From the NCBI GenBank assembly GCA_016933055.1, contig JAFGBS010000009.1, positions 240,001-272,000 of the forward strand: 32,000 nucleotides of DNA, given 5' to 3'. Within the stretch, counting starts at the first letter, position 1. Each line of letters opens with the position of its first letter. This document shows, piece by piece, positions 1-8,701 of this stretch. Under the pieces are notes generated by a model, which was given only the letters and a program-made list of their open reading frames with translations, searched no databases and had not been told where the DNA came from. The translations under genes were made by a program, and so were the position numbers. Origin of the DNA: Promethearchaeota archaeon (GTDB lineage: Archaea; Asgardarchaeota; Lokiarchaeia; Sigyniarchaeales; Promethearchaeaceae).

Positions 1-1
1 T

Positions 2-163
2 CAATTGATCGATTTTGCAAAAAAGTGTAATTTTGGGGATCAAGAGCGCAGAATTTTTGCAGTACATGGAGAAGAAGAGACTGCCACTGCTTTATGTAAT
101 GAGATGAATGAATTGGGACTTCATGCAGTCGCCCCAACTCAAGGAGAAACTTATAAAATCTAA
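2..163 (+). CDS. 3' end of a beta-CASP metallo-beta-lactamase ribonuclease (aCPSF/RNase J-like); partial, not in the ORF track
   Basis: Frame 2 is open from base 2 to TAA at 161-163: QLIDFAKKCNFGDQERRIFAVHGEEETATALCNEMNELGLHAVAPTQGETYKI. It contains the beta-CASP motif C (VHGE) and the typical terminal AP..GE...I. Confidence 0.8.
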   Translation, partial: QLIDFAKKCNFGDQERRIFAVHGEEETATALCNEMNELGLHAVAPTQGETYKI

Positions 164-180
164 TCTTTTTGGTTTGATCT

Positions 181-1275
181 ATGCGAAATTTCAATATGTC
201 TCAAAAAAATATTCATTCACCCACATCCATACGGAGAATAATTTCTAGTCTTATCAAAACGTCTCTGTGGGGGTTTTTTGAAACTCTTACCTTGAATTTA
301 GTTCACTTTATTGACCGTTATCTCTGGTCGAATTTTCATACTCGTTTTATGCGCTTAATCCATAATAAGTTTGGGGGGATTGTCACCCCTTTTGATATAA
401 CTTTGGAACCAAATCCCCTTAACCGGAATTGGGAACACCGGACTCCGTATATCCACCATTATCATCAAGGACAGGAAATTCTGCAAAAAGGGAAAGTAAT
501 GATATGGCCTACTCAAGAAATCTTCAATTTAATTATTCGTTCTAACGTAAATCCCTTCGTTTCTATTTGTTACTGTAGAGATCACATGAAAAAGCATGGT
601 CATCGATGTGAGCTAAATGCCCCTTTACGTACATGTTTAACATTACGACTTCCTCAAAGTGTTTCCTCGATTCGCACTTCAGAAATTCGATTAAAAGAAC
701 TTCAACAAAAAGCTCTATATAAATTACTACTAAAATGTGAAAAGATTGGCCTGGTGCATCAAGTAATATTTTACGAGAAATACAATACTTACGTTATTTG
801 CAACTGCTGTCCAGATTGTTGCGAAATTTTAAGTGTGTTTTTTCGAAGTGTTATGGAAATAAAATATCACCAAAAAAAGCTGGATACCTTGCATTCTTTA
901 GAACTGAGAAAAAAAGATCATTCACTTAATCTCAAGGAACTTAATCAATACCGAGTACTGAAACACTCAAAAAAAAACCATCAAAAAGGAGCGAATATGA
1001 AACCAGTTCCCTTGGTTGCTCAAAGTGCTTTCATCTCAATCCAGAATTCCTCTGGAGAGTGTGTGAATTGTGGAAAATGCGCTGAGCATTGCTATTTTGG
1101 GGCTAGAATAATGAAAGAAGGGACGCTGCATTATAATCCGGATTTGTGCTATGGTTGTGGATTGTGTGTATCTCGATGTGTGCATTCGGTTATTGAATTA
1201 AAAAAACGCATCAAATCCAAAGAAATGAGTTCAATCGGAATAGGTATTACACATGATCATCCTCACTTTTTGTGA
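181..1275 (+). CDS. 4Fe-4S dicluster (ferredoxin-domain) protein
   Basis: Two C-terminal CxxCxxCxxxC motifs (CVNCGKCAEHC, CYGCGLCVSRC) plus upstream CYCR...C...C and ICNCCPDCC motifs typical of this Fe-S family. Confidence 0.8.
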   Translation: MRNFNMSQKNIHSPTSIRRIISSLIKTSLWGFFETLTLNLVHFIDRYLWSNFHTRFMRLIHNKFGGIVTPFDITLEPNPLNRNWEHRTPYIHHYHQGQEILQKGKVMIWPTQEIFNLIIRSNVNPFVSICYCRDHMKKHGHRCELNAPLRTCLTLRLPQSVSSIRTSEIRLKELQQKALYKLLLKCEKIGLVHQVIFYEKYNTYVICNCCPDCCEILSVFFRSVMEIKYHQKKLDTLHSLELRKKDHSLNLKELNQYRVLKHSKKNHQKGANMKPVPLVAQSAFISIQNSSGECVNCGKCAEHCYFGARIMKEGTLHYNPDLCYGCGLCVSRCVHSVIELKKRIKSKEMSSIGIGITHDHPHFL

Positions 1276-1390
1276 TAGATAAGAACACTCCAAGCATTTT
1301 CCTTGAAATATACGTTAGTATAGAAAAAGAATATAGGCTTTCAATTTTTAAATAACATAGGATAAAAAGAAAAAAGTAAAAAGAAAAAAA

Positions 1391-2461
1391 ATGAGTATAC
1401 GCAGATTTCCCTCGAGAACTAAAGAGCGTAAATTTAGGGCAAGAATCGATAAAAATACTTCACTTTCATTCATTGAAAAAGATTCAGGGATTCAATGTAT
1501 TATTAAAAAAGACTTAACTGAATATGATGTCCATATATTTCCCTCGGAAGCACCCATTACGGGGGACTACTTAAAAAAAGATATTGATCCGTTTGAAGTT
1601 ACTCTCGCGGATATTCAAATACTGGAAAAAGAAATTTTCCCTATAGTAATTGCAATACAAGAGATTTTTGGGGAAGACAAAGTCCCTCAGCTAGGAAAAA
1701 TTCGATTAGCTATAGGAAGTAACGAGACGGACTATGTTACCATCGATGAGGGAGAATTTGAAGAATATGACTTTTTTCCAAGTATTCAAGGTCTCGTGGA
1801 GTTTCTTAAATCGAATCGAAAAGGAGTTATTGGTTTTGAAGATCGTGAATATCAACCCGAGAAAGGGAATTTGATCTTCTTCAGTAGTATTATAAAAAAT
1901 CCTGATCAAAATATTAAGATGATTGAGCTGAAAATCCTCTCATCACTCCATCAGAGGGGATTATATATGCAAAAACATCATCAATACTATGGGCTCCAGT
2001 TGTATTTAAATATCAAAGCTGATGAGATAGATGATTTATTCCTCGAATTATTGAAGACTTTAAATATCGATTGGGAGCTCTTATTTTTGAGGAGAGACCT
2101 TTCTATGCAAAATTGGACGGAGATTGAATGTGAACGGAATTCAATTAACTTGAAAAGCTATATACGATCTAAATATGACGCCCTAGGATATTTTGATGTG
2201 AACTCGATAATCCGGTTAGTAATCAAAAATGATCTTAGTTTTAAAATTGCTGATCATATTGCTGATTTACTGAATCGATCAAAAATTCATCAAGAGGGAG
2301 GTCTTCCTAAAGAACGTGGGGAGAACCTTGACAAAGCCGAGATTGCAGCCGCAGCTCAGTTAGCTTGTGCGTATTATGGAGAAAAAAATCCTCTGATATT
2401 CGATAAGGATGTATCACCTGCGGAAATCGAGAAATTTTCAGCAGAACTTATTAAGATTTAA
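1391..2461 (+). CDS. hypothetical soluble protein (356 aa)
   Basis: Long ORF co-oriented with its neighbours, normal globular composition, no motif recognised. Confidence 0.75.
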   Translation: MSIRRFPSRTKERKFRARIDKNTSLSFIEKDSGIQCIIKKDLTEYDVHIFPSEAPITGDYLKKDIDPFEVTLADIQILEKEIFPIVIAIQEIFGEDKVPQLGKIRLAIGSNETDYVTIDEGEFEEYDFFPSIQGLVEFLKSNRKGVIGFEDREYQPEKGNLIFFSSIIKNPDQNIKMIELKILSSLHQRGLYMQKHHQYYGLQLYLNIKADEIDDLFLELLKTLNIDWELLFLRRDLSMQNWTEIECERNSINLKSYIRSKYDALGYFDVNSIIRLVIKNDLSFKIADHIADLLNRSKIHQEGGLPKERGENLDKAEIAAAAQLACAYYGEKNPLIFDKDVSPAEIEKFSAELIKI

Positions 2462-2505
2462 TTCTTTATCGAAAATTTTTTTTAGTTAAACTTCATAGCA
2501 ATACT

Positions 2506-3381
2506 GTGGTCTCTTATTCAAACCTAGAACAAAAAATCTCGAAATTCAAACAAATATTATCCAAAAAGAAAGTCATTACCGCATTCTCGGGAGGTATGGA
2601 TAGTACATTATTGCTTCTACTAGCAAGAAAATTTTCTGCTAAATTCATCCCGGTTTTTTTTTTTGGTCCGATGTTTACAAAAGAAGAACTTCATCGTGCC
2701 TCTAACTTGTGCAAAATCCTTAAAATCCAGCTAGAAATTATTGATTTTAATCCATTAACACAAAAAGAATTCCAACAAAATCCTCAGAATCGGTGTTATT
2801 ATTGTAAAAAATACATAATGACAGCCCTTCTCCAAATTCAAGATGAATTAGATTATGATATTATCATAGAAGGAACCAACACCACTGATTTAGGGGAATT
2901 CAGACCTGGATATGATGTATTACAAGAAATGGGAATAGTATCTCCTTTTGTTTTATCGGAATTTTCAAAAAAAGACATACACGATTATTTGGAATATAGC
3001 ATCCAAAATCCAGAATGGATACTTGACTCCCCAAATTCCATAAATTCTGTGGAAATCACCGAAATTTTGAAAAATATAGTAAAATCATCTTCTGGACCTT
3101 GTTTATGTTCTAGAATTGACTACGGGGTTGAAATCACGGAAGATAGACTAGTTCGTATTCATCAAGCAGAAAAATTTCTGGAGGCAACTTTCAATTTAGA
3201 ACAAGTACGTGTTCGTCTTCATTCCCACGACTTGATTCGAATCGAAGTTCCTAAATATCAACTCCTTAACATTCTTAGGTCCGAGGTAATCAATCAGATT
3301 ACATTGAAGCTTAAGGAATTAGGATTTTCTTTCATTACGGTAGATTTAGAGGGTTTTCGTAGTGGAAGTTTTAACCAATAA
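2506..3381 (+). CDS. larE: LarE-family PP-loop ATP-dependent sulfur transferase
   Basis: PP-loop SGGMDS, RCYYCK, EGTN..D....RPG, PCLCSR, VRVR/RIEV and terminal VDLEGFRSGS. Confidence 0.9.
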   Translation: MVSYSNLEQKISKFKQILSKKKVITAFSGGMDSTLLLLLARKFSAKFIPVFFFGPMFTKEELHRASNLCKILKIQLEIIDFNPLTQKEFQQNPQNRCYYCKKYIMTALLQIQDELDYDIIIEGTNTTDLGEFRPGYDVLQEMGIVSPFVLSEFSKKDIHDYLEYSIQNPEWILDSPNSINSVEITEILKNIVKSSSGPCLCSRIDYGVEITEDRLVRIHQAEKFLEATFNLEQVRVRLHSHDLIRIEVPKYQLLNILRSEVINQITLKLKELGFSFITVDLEGFRSGSFNQ

Positions 3382-3412
3382 CTTTATATTTTTCTTGGTT
3401 GACCTTGTATTT

Positions 3413-3477
3413 GTCTCCATCGGGTAATTTTCCCCAATTACTTTATTTCAATAACTCCCCCAATTTCCGATGGAGAC
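3413..3477. terminator. inverted repeat/hairpin between convergent larE and recJ-like genes (possible bidirectional terminator or structured RNA)
   Basis: gtctccatcgg (3413-3423) is the exact reverse complement of ccgatggagac (3467-3477): 11-bp perfect arms with a 43-nt interior. Confidence 0.45.
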
Positions 3478-3480
3478 CAT

Positions 3481-5166
3481 CTACAATCCCCATTGATCAA
3501 GTCCTTTAGTTTTTTTTTTTGATGCAGGTGCTTTCTCGATCGCGCTTTTTTTACTGGTTTTTTTCGTTTTGTTTGGGGTTACCTCACTTTCTACTACAAT
3601 TGAACCATTCATTTCAGGGGAACTAGATTGGGTTATATCGATTTTCTCTCCTTGCTGTGCCCGTATATGTTCATCCAATTGTGTTAAAAAAGGACGTATC
3701 ATGGACTTTGGGATGAAAGCACCTGCTGCGGGGGGATGTCCTCCCCCCATATCTTTTAATCCCAAATTTGCAGAAACACTTCGTATAGCTTGAGACAAAT
3801 TCACTCCTTTTTGTATTAAATCTTCATTACAACGCGCACTAAATTTATAAGTATCCCCATCTGATTGTGCATACCCAATAATAGGTTTAGATTTATCTAT
3901 TTTTGAATTATCTACCAGTATAGTGCAAACTACCCCTACCATAAGTTCGGGTATTTGATCTTCCCCATCAAACGCTATGATTCCTTTATAAGAAGTCATT
4001 TTATGTCCATTAATTAACCATGATACCCCATCCTCAAGTTTTTGAGTATATTCCTTAGAAGATTCAATACCTTTGATGATTACATTATTGGAACGATTAA
4101 CACAACAAGCAATTCCAATGGAGGGAATTTCTAATCTTCCCGTCGCATTCAACATGGTAGAAAAATCTGTAGCATCATGGATTTCTGGATAGGATTTAAA
4201 TTGAGTAAGCAAATAATGAGTTCGTATCAATTTACTGATAGGAACATCCTTATCCTTATTTTCAGTATAAATTTTCTGTGTTAGGGCCGAAACAAGTTTG
4301 GTTTTTTCAGTAGAAGATAAATCAGGGAGAAAACGGGGATGTCCAAGATCATTTTCGTATTTCAATCCCACTTTCTTGAGAAAATATGCTGCTTTTTTGG
4401 GATCCTCATCGAATAAATTTATACCTTCAGGGAGGTGATTTGCTAATCCGAGAGGTAAAGAAATATTTCTAGGAAGAAATGGCTCCACTTCTTCCTTGAT
4501 TGTCATTGTTTTTTTTGCATCTTCTAATATGGCCTTATTTTCCCCTATAAAAGACCGTGCATCACCTGCATTTTGGTGATCCCCAAGTGCTCCAATTATT
4601 GCCAAATGAGATAAATCTGCATTGTCAGCACGTAATTTTTTCACGAATAAATAACTCATTCCTGCAGCCGAAATTCCAGTACTTCCATTAATTCCAGCAT
4701 AATAAGGATTTGCATGAAATCCTGAAATAGGAATAGATTCTTCTGTTTTTAGTGGTTGATGATGATCAAGGATAATATATTTTCTATTTGGGAGATATTC
4801 AGCTAATAGATTTATTTGTCCACTGCCAAAATCAAGAAAGATTGAAAAATTGTTATTTTCTTCCAAAATTGACTTAATTTTTAACAAATTATGCTCATTT
4901 AATTGCTTTAAAATAGTGATCTGATAACTGATATTCTCTCTCTTAAGTGCTAATGCCATAATTGCTGCAGCACAAATACCATCGGTGTCAATATGAGAAA
5001 AAATATTTATACTACTAAAGAAATTCTCTTGATTCTGTTGCGACTGTACACTTTCGATATGATCCCGATATCTTGCTACATATTCTGTATTAAAATAACT
5101 CACAGTCTTCTTCATCAATTCATCTAATTGTGCATTGAAAGTGATATCCTTGCTATTTTCCATCAT
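3481..5166 (-). CDS. recJ: DHH-family RecJ/Cdc45-like nuclease (GAN/HAN type) with a basic C-terminal tail
   Basis: DHH motifs SHIDTDG, DFGSG, LDHH, GALGD and DHHA1 motif GGGHPPAAG are all intact. Confidence 0.88.
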   Translation of the reverse strand: MMENSKDITFNAQLDELMKKTVSYFNTEYVARYRDHIESVQSQQNQENFFSSINIFSHIDTDGICAAAIMALALKRENISYQITILKQLNEHNLLKIKSILEENNNFSIFLDFGSGQINLLAEYLPNRKYIILDHHQPLKTEESIPISGFHANPYYAGINGSTGISAAGMSYLFVKKLRADNADLSHLAIIGALGDHQNAGDARSFIGENKAILEDAKKTMTIKEEVEPFLPRNISLPLGLANHLPEGINLFDEDPKKAAYFLKKVGLKYENDLGHPRFLPDLSSTEKTKLVSALTQKIYTENKDKDVPISKLIRTHYLLTQFKSYPEIHDATDFSTMLNATGRLEIPSIGIACCVNRSNNVIIKGIESSKEYTQKLEDGVSWLINGHKMTSYKGIIAFDGEDQIPELMVGVVCTILVDNSKIDKSKPIIGYAQSDGDTYKFSARCNEDLIQKGVNLSQAIRSVSANLGLKDMGGGHPPAAGAFIPKSMIRPFLTQLDEHIRAQQGEKIDITQSSSPEMNGSIVVESEVTPNKTKKTSKKSAIEKAPASKKKTKGLDQWGL

Positions 5167-5339
5167 GTTCCCTAAAAATCAAGTGCTTGGTAATATATGT
5201 ATTATATTATTACTGGCATATTAGCATTTTAATTAAAAGAACTGTGAAAACACTCGCTAAAAAAAGAGAATTTCTTCCAATCTGCTTATAAAAGAAAAAA
5301 AATAGGTTTTAATTCCAACATATTGAAATCTAACTAATT

Positions 5340-6341
5340 ATGTCAACTACCTCTATAAGCATCAATCGAAACGCTGAGTTACTATTGTATCAAATTTCGG
5401 AAAAACATGATATCCTAGGATTCACAATTGAAAACCATCCTAGCGGTGCAAAACTCTATGATTTTTCGAATGCAAACATTGAAGGTAGTTTGTTTCTAAG
5501 TAGAATTCTAATGTCGGATTTATCCGTAGTACAATTATGTCCAGTAAAAGCGAGAATAAAAGCGCAATCTGGTACTATCGATCTGAATCTGATTGATATT
5601 AGTACTCAACATCCCTTACTGTCTTGTATGGCTAGTCTTTACGCGGGTTGGACCGTAAAAGCAAAAAAAACCGTAGACGGAAAAAAGAAGACGTATTTTA
5701 AAGCAATGGGATCTGGACCAGCTCGGGCATTAGCACAAGTAGAAAGGGATCTTTATGCGTTTCTTGACTATACTGATTCATATTCTTCTGCGGTTTTGTT
5801 TCTTGAAACCGCCCAAAAGCCCGACGAAAATGTAATTACATATGTTAGTGAGAAATGTAGAATAGAACCGAAAGATCTCCACATATTATATGCTCCTACA
5901 ACATCTCTGGCAGGATCTGTCCAAATTGCTTCTCGAGTAGTTGAAACAGCATTACATAAATTTAAAGAACTTGGTATTGATCTGAGATGGGTCGTTTCTG
6001 GATGCGGTTCTTGCCCGATTGCTCCTGTTCTTAAAGATCCTATGAAAGCTATGGGCGTGACAAACGATTGTATTATGTTTACTGGCAAAGTTACATTAAG
6101 CATGGATATTCCGACGGGGTTAGAATCCAAATTCATCTCTTTATTTAAAAAATCTCCCTCCAATGCATCTCCTTCGTATGGGAAACCTTTCATTAAGACT
6201 TTACAAGATGCAGGTGGTGATTTTTACAAAATAGATTCTGGATTATTTGCTCCCGCACAAATCACGGTGATTAATCGCACAACCAATAATATATTTACAG
6301 AAGGGGATTTAGCACCAGAAAAATTAGATTTTACAGAATAG
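5340..6341 (+). CDS. mch: methenyltetrahydromethanopterin cyclohydrolase
   Basis: MGSGPARALA, LFLET, APTTSLAGSVQIASRVVETALHK, AMGVTNDCI and FYKID..LFAPA are Mch signature segments. Confidence 0.95.
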   Translation: MSTTSISINRNAELLLYQISEKHDILGFTIENHPSGAKLYDFSNANIEGSLFLSRILMSDLSVVQLCPVKARIKAQSGTIDLNLIDISTQHPLLSCMASLYAGWTVKAKKTVDGKKKTYFKAMGSGPARALAQVERDLYAFLDYTDSYSSAVLFLETAQKPDENVITYVSEKCRIEPKDLHILYAPTTSLAGSVQIASRVVETALHKFKELGIDLRWVVSGCGSCPIAPVLKDPMKAMGVTNDCIMFTGKVTLSMDIPTGLESKFISLFKKSPSNASPSYGKPFIKTLQDAGGDFYKIDSGLFAPAQITVINRTTNNIFTEGDLAPEKLDFTE

Positions 6342-6372
6342 ATGAACCATAGAATTTTTAATGAGTAGTTGA

Positions 6373-7416
6373 ATGGCTAACCTAATGAATAGAGAAGATG
6401 GAAAGACCAGTGATAATGGGGATGAGCTGTACTCAAATTCCTCAGCTGAATCTGAAAACAACTCAGAAGACATTTTACCAGCTGAAACTGAAAAGTCTAC
6501 AATTTCTAATTTTTTACCTGTTTTTCGTGTCAAAATGACACTTCACAGTATCCCAATCATTATATCAATTACAATATCTGGCTTATTGGCATGGTATATC
6601 CATAATGTGGTTGAATTTGAAACGGTGATTCCTGAGAATTCCCCTTCTCAAGGATTAATAAATGGATTGATTTATACAGCCTTTGCGATAGTATCAAGCA
6701 TTGTTATATATCTTCTTGTTAAAAGAAAGGGCCAAAACGTACTAAAAATTATTATGACCATCGCCTTTATGTTTCTTAGTTTCACATTATTCCTATTTTT
6801 TGGCATGCTATTGGTTCCATTTTTAGAATCTAGCTATATAGTATATTATACTTTTATGGGAATTTCTGCTATCCTTGCGGTACTGTTAACGTACCTTTAT
6901 TTTTCAGGAAAGTTATCAAAATGGCCTAAAAACATCTATGTGTTGGGAATTGGCACATTAATTGGAGGATTTATGGGGATTGCTATGCCACCATGGACAA
7001 CGGCAGTTCTATTGATCGGAGTTAGTGTTTGGGATATTATTAGTGTTAGAAGAGGTCCTATTAAAGGCATTATGGAAATCATGAATCAAGTTGATCACGA
7101 AGCAGTGAGTAATATGACAGAAGATGATTTTAAAGGTGCTGAAATTCAAATCGGGATTGGAGATATTGCATTTTACAGTATGCTTACATCCGGATGTTTA
7201 ATCCTTACATCAAAATACTTGATTTTTACCGGTAGCATCATTGTAACGCTATTTGCTGCGATTGGAATATTAATTGGAGCATTTGTTACCATTAGGGCTC
7301 TTCGAAAGAATGCAATTTTACCCGGACTTCCATTTTCTATATTTTTAGGAATGACACTCGCTTTCTTTAGTTATTATATAATAGTTGTAGTGTTTGCATT
7401 CCAGTTTGTGCTGTAA
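6373..7416 (+). CDS. presenilin-family intramembrane aspartyl protease (GxGD type)
   Basis: About 9 hydrophobic helices, first catalytic Asp in SVWD, GIGD motif, and PGLP (PAL equivalent). Confidence 0.9.
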   Translation: MANLMNREDGKTSDNGDELYSNSSAESENNSEDILPAETEKSTISNFLPVFRVKMTLHSIPIIISITISGLLAWYIHNVVEFETVIPENSPSQGLINGLIYTAFAIVSSIVIYLLVKRKGQNVLKIIMTIAFMFLSFTLFLFFGMLLVPFLESSYIVYYTFMGISAILAVLLTYLYFSGKLSKWPKNIYVLGIGTLIGGFMGIAMPPWTTAVLLIGVSVWDIISVRRGPIKGIMEIMNQVDHEAVSNMTEDDFKGAEIQIGIGDIAFYSMLTSGCLILTSKYLIFTGSIIVTLFAAIGILIGAFVTIRALRKNAILPGLPFSIFLGMTLAFFSYYIIVVVFAFQFVL

Positions 7417-7526
7417 ATATCAGCTGATTTTACCGCTATTCCGGAAAAAAGCGTGATTAGTTTTTTTATATTACTAAAGTATTGGTATATTATTCTTACC
7501 ACAAGAAAAGAGACAAATTGGTGTTT

Positions 7527-8447
7527 ATGAAGACAGAAAAATCATCTCCGGACCTTGAAACCGAAGTCGTATTTGCAGGCTTATGCGCCCACTGTGGTTG
7601 CTGTGGTGCATTCTGCCCCCATATTGAATATCAACAAGACGGGTTACCTCAAATTTTAGACGCTTGTAATGAAACAGTTGGGCAATGTTATAACAGTTGC
7701 CCCAGAACATCATTAGATATTTCCAACATAGAACAAAAAATGTTCGGGCATTTACGGGAAGATGAATCCTTAGGTTATTTTACTAAAAGTATATTAGTGA
7801 AATCAAAAAATTCCATTCTCAATATTTTAATAGATACAGCTTTTAAGCACTCACTTATTGATTCCATCGTAGTACCTGAAAATCAAAGTAAAAAACCAGT
7901 TAATAATATTCCCAAAGTAATCGAAAAATCGAAGGATGTACCCAAATTAACCAGTCGCAATATTGATTATACCGGACCGTTAGTGACTGGAGTAAATGCA
8001 GCCTATACAGCGGGATTCAAATCAGTGGGTTTAGTGGGCAATCCATGCCATTTTCAAGGCATTGCAAAAATGCAGAATTCTGATTTCCGATCAGGAATCA
8101 GCGTTCAATCCCTTAAAATCGCAATAATGTGTGCAGCTGGGGGTGCAACAGGGTGTATATATTGTATAGACTACGCAGGTGAGTTTTCCGATATTTCTTA
8201 TTCGGACATTGGTTTGGATGATAATCAAGCATTATTATTGATTCGAACAAAAAATGGTCAGGATTTGGTCGATTTTGCTGCAAAAAATAAGAGTTTCGAG
8301 ATCATCAGCGAATCTCCGGATTTATCTAAAATTCAAGATTTGGCAAATAAAAAGAAAACTCGTAATATCAACAATTTATTGAAATTGCAGAACGGAAAAA
8401 TTGGATACTTAGAATTGAACGGAAAAACTCTATCTGCACTATTTTAG
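7527..8447 (+). CDS. coenzyme F420 hydrogenase/dehydrogenase beta-subunit (FrhB/FpoF) family protein, internally shortened
   Basis: N-terminal ferredoxin CAHCGCCGAFCP...CYNSCP, then VGNPCH, IMC, CIYC and D...E.SDIS. ATG at 7527 is preferred over the track's TTG at 7482 (same frame). Confidence 0.8.
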   Translation: MKTEKSSPDLETEVVFAGLCAHCGCCGAFCPHIEYQQDGLPQILDACNETVGQCYNSCPRTSLDISNIEQKMFGHLREDESLGYFTKSILVKSKNSILNILIDTAFKHSLIDSIVVPENQSKKPVNNIPKVIEKSKDVPKLTSRNIDYTGPLVTGVNAAYTAGFKSVGLVGNPCHFQGIAKMQNSDFRSGISVQSLKIAIMCAAGGATGCIYCIDYAGEFSDISYSDIGLDDNQALLLIRTKNGQDLVDFAAKNKSFEIISESPDLSKIQDLANKKKTRNINNLLKLQNGKIGYLELNGKTLSALF

Positions 8448-8509
8448 ACCTTTCCGTAACATTTTTGATTTATGGACAATTGAGAAAAATCACCGATAGG
8501 TGATTATGC

Positions 8510-8701
8510 ATGACTGAACCAGAAAAGCTTGATGCAATTGCTAAAGAAATTGCCCTTGTGAGAAATCTACCATATACTCTTAAAATCGAGAAAGTTGATG
8601 GAAATACATACCATTGTCGTAGTTCTTGGGGGAACCACATAACTTACATTAAGAAAGATGATCATTATTTCATCGAGACAGAACTTGACAAAAAGAGCTA
8701 G
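8510..8701 (+). CDS. small hypothetical protein (63 aa)
   Basis: Strong archaeal Shine-Dalgarno (aggtgat) just upstream of the ATG; 4-nt 3' overlap with the convergent XPD gene. Confidence 0.7.
   Translation: MTEPEKLDAIAKEIALVRNLPYTLKIEKVDGNTYHCRSSWGNHITYIKKDDHYFIETELDKKS

Noticed and set aside
3510-3520. A11 run on the coding strand just before the recJ PIP-like motif, as a slippage or frameshift switch
   Set aside because: Explained by Lys codons in an AT-rich genome; the downstream hairpin is ~32 nt away, too far for a -1 frameshift stimulator.
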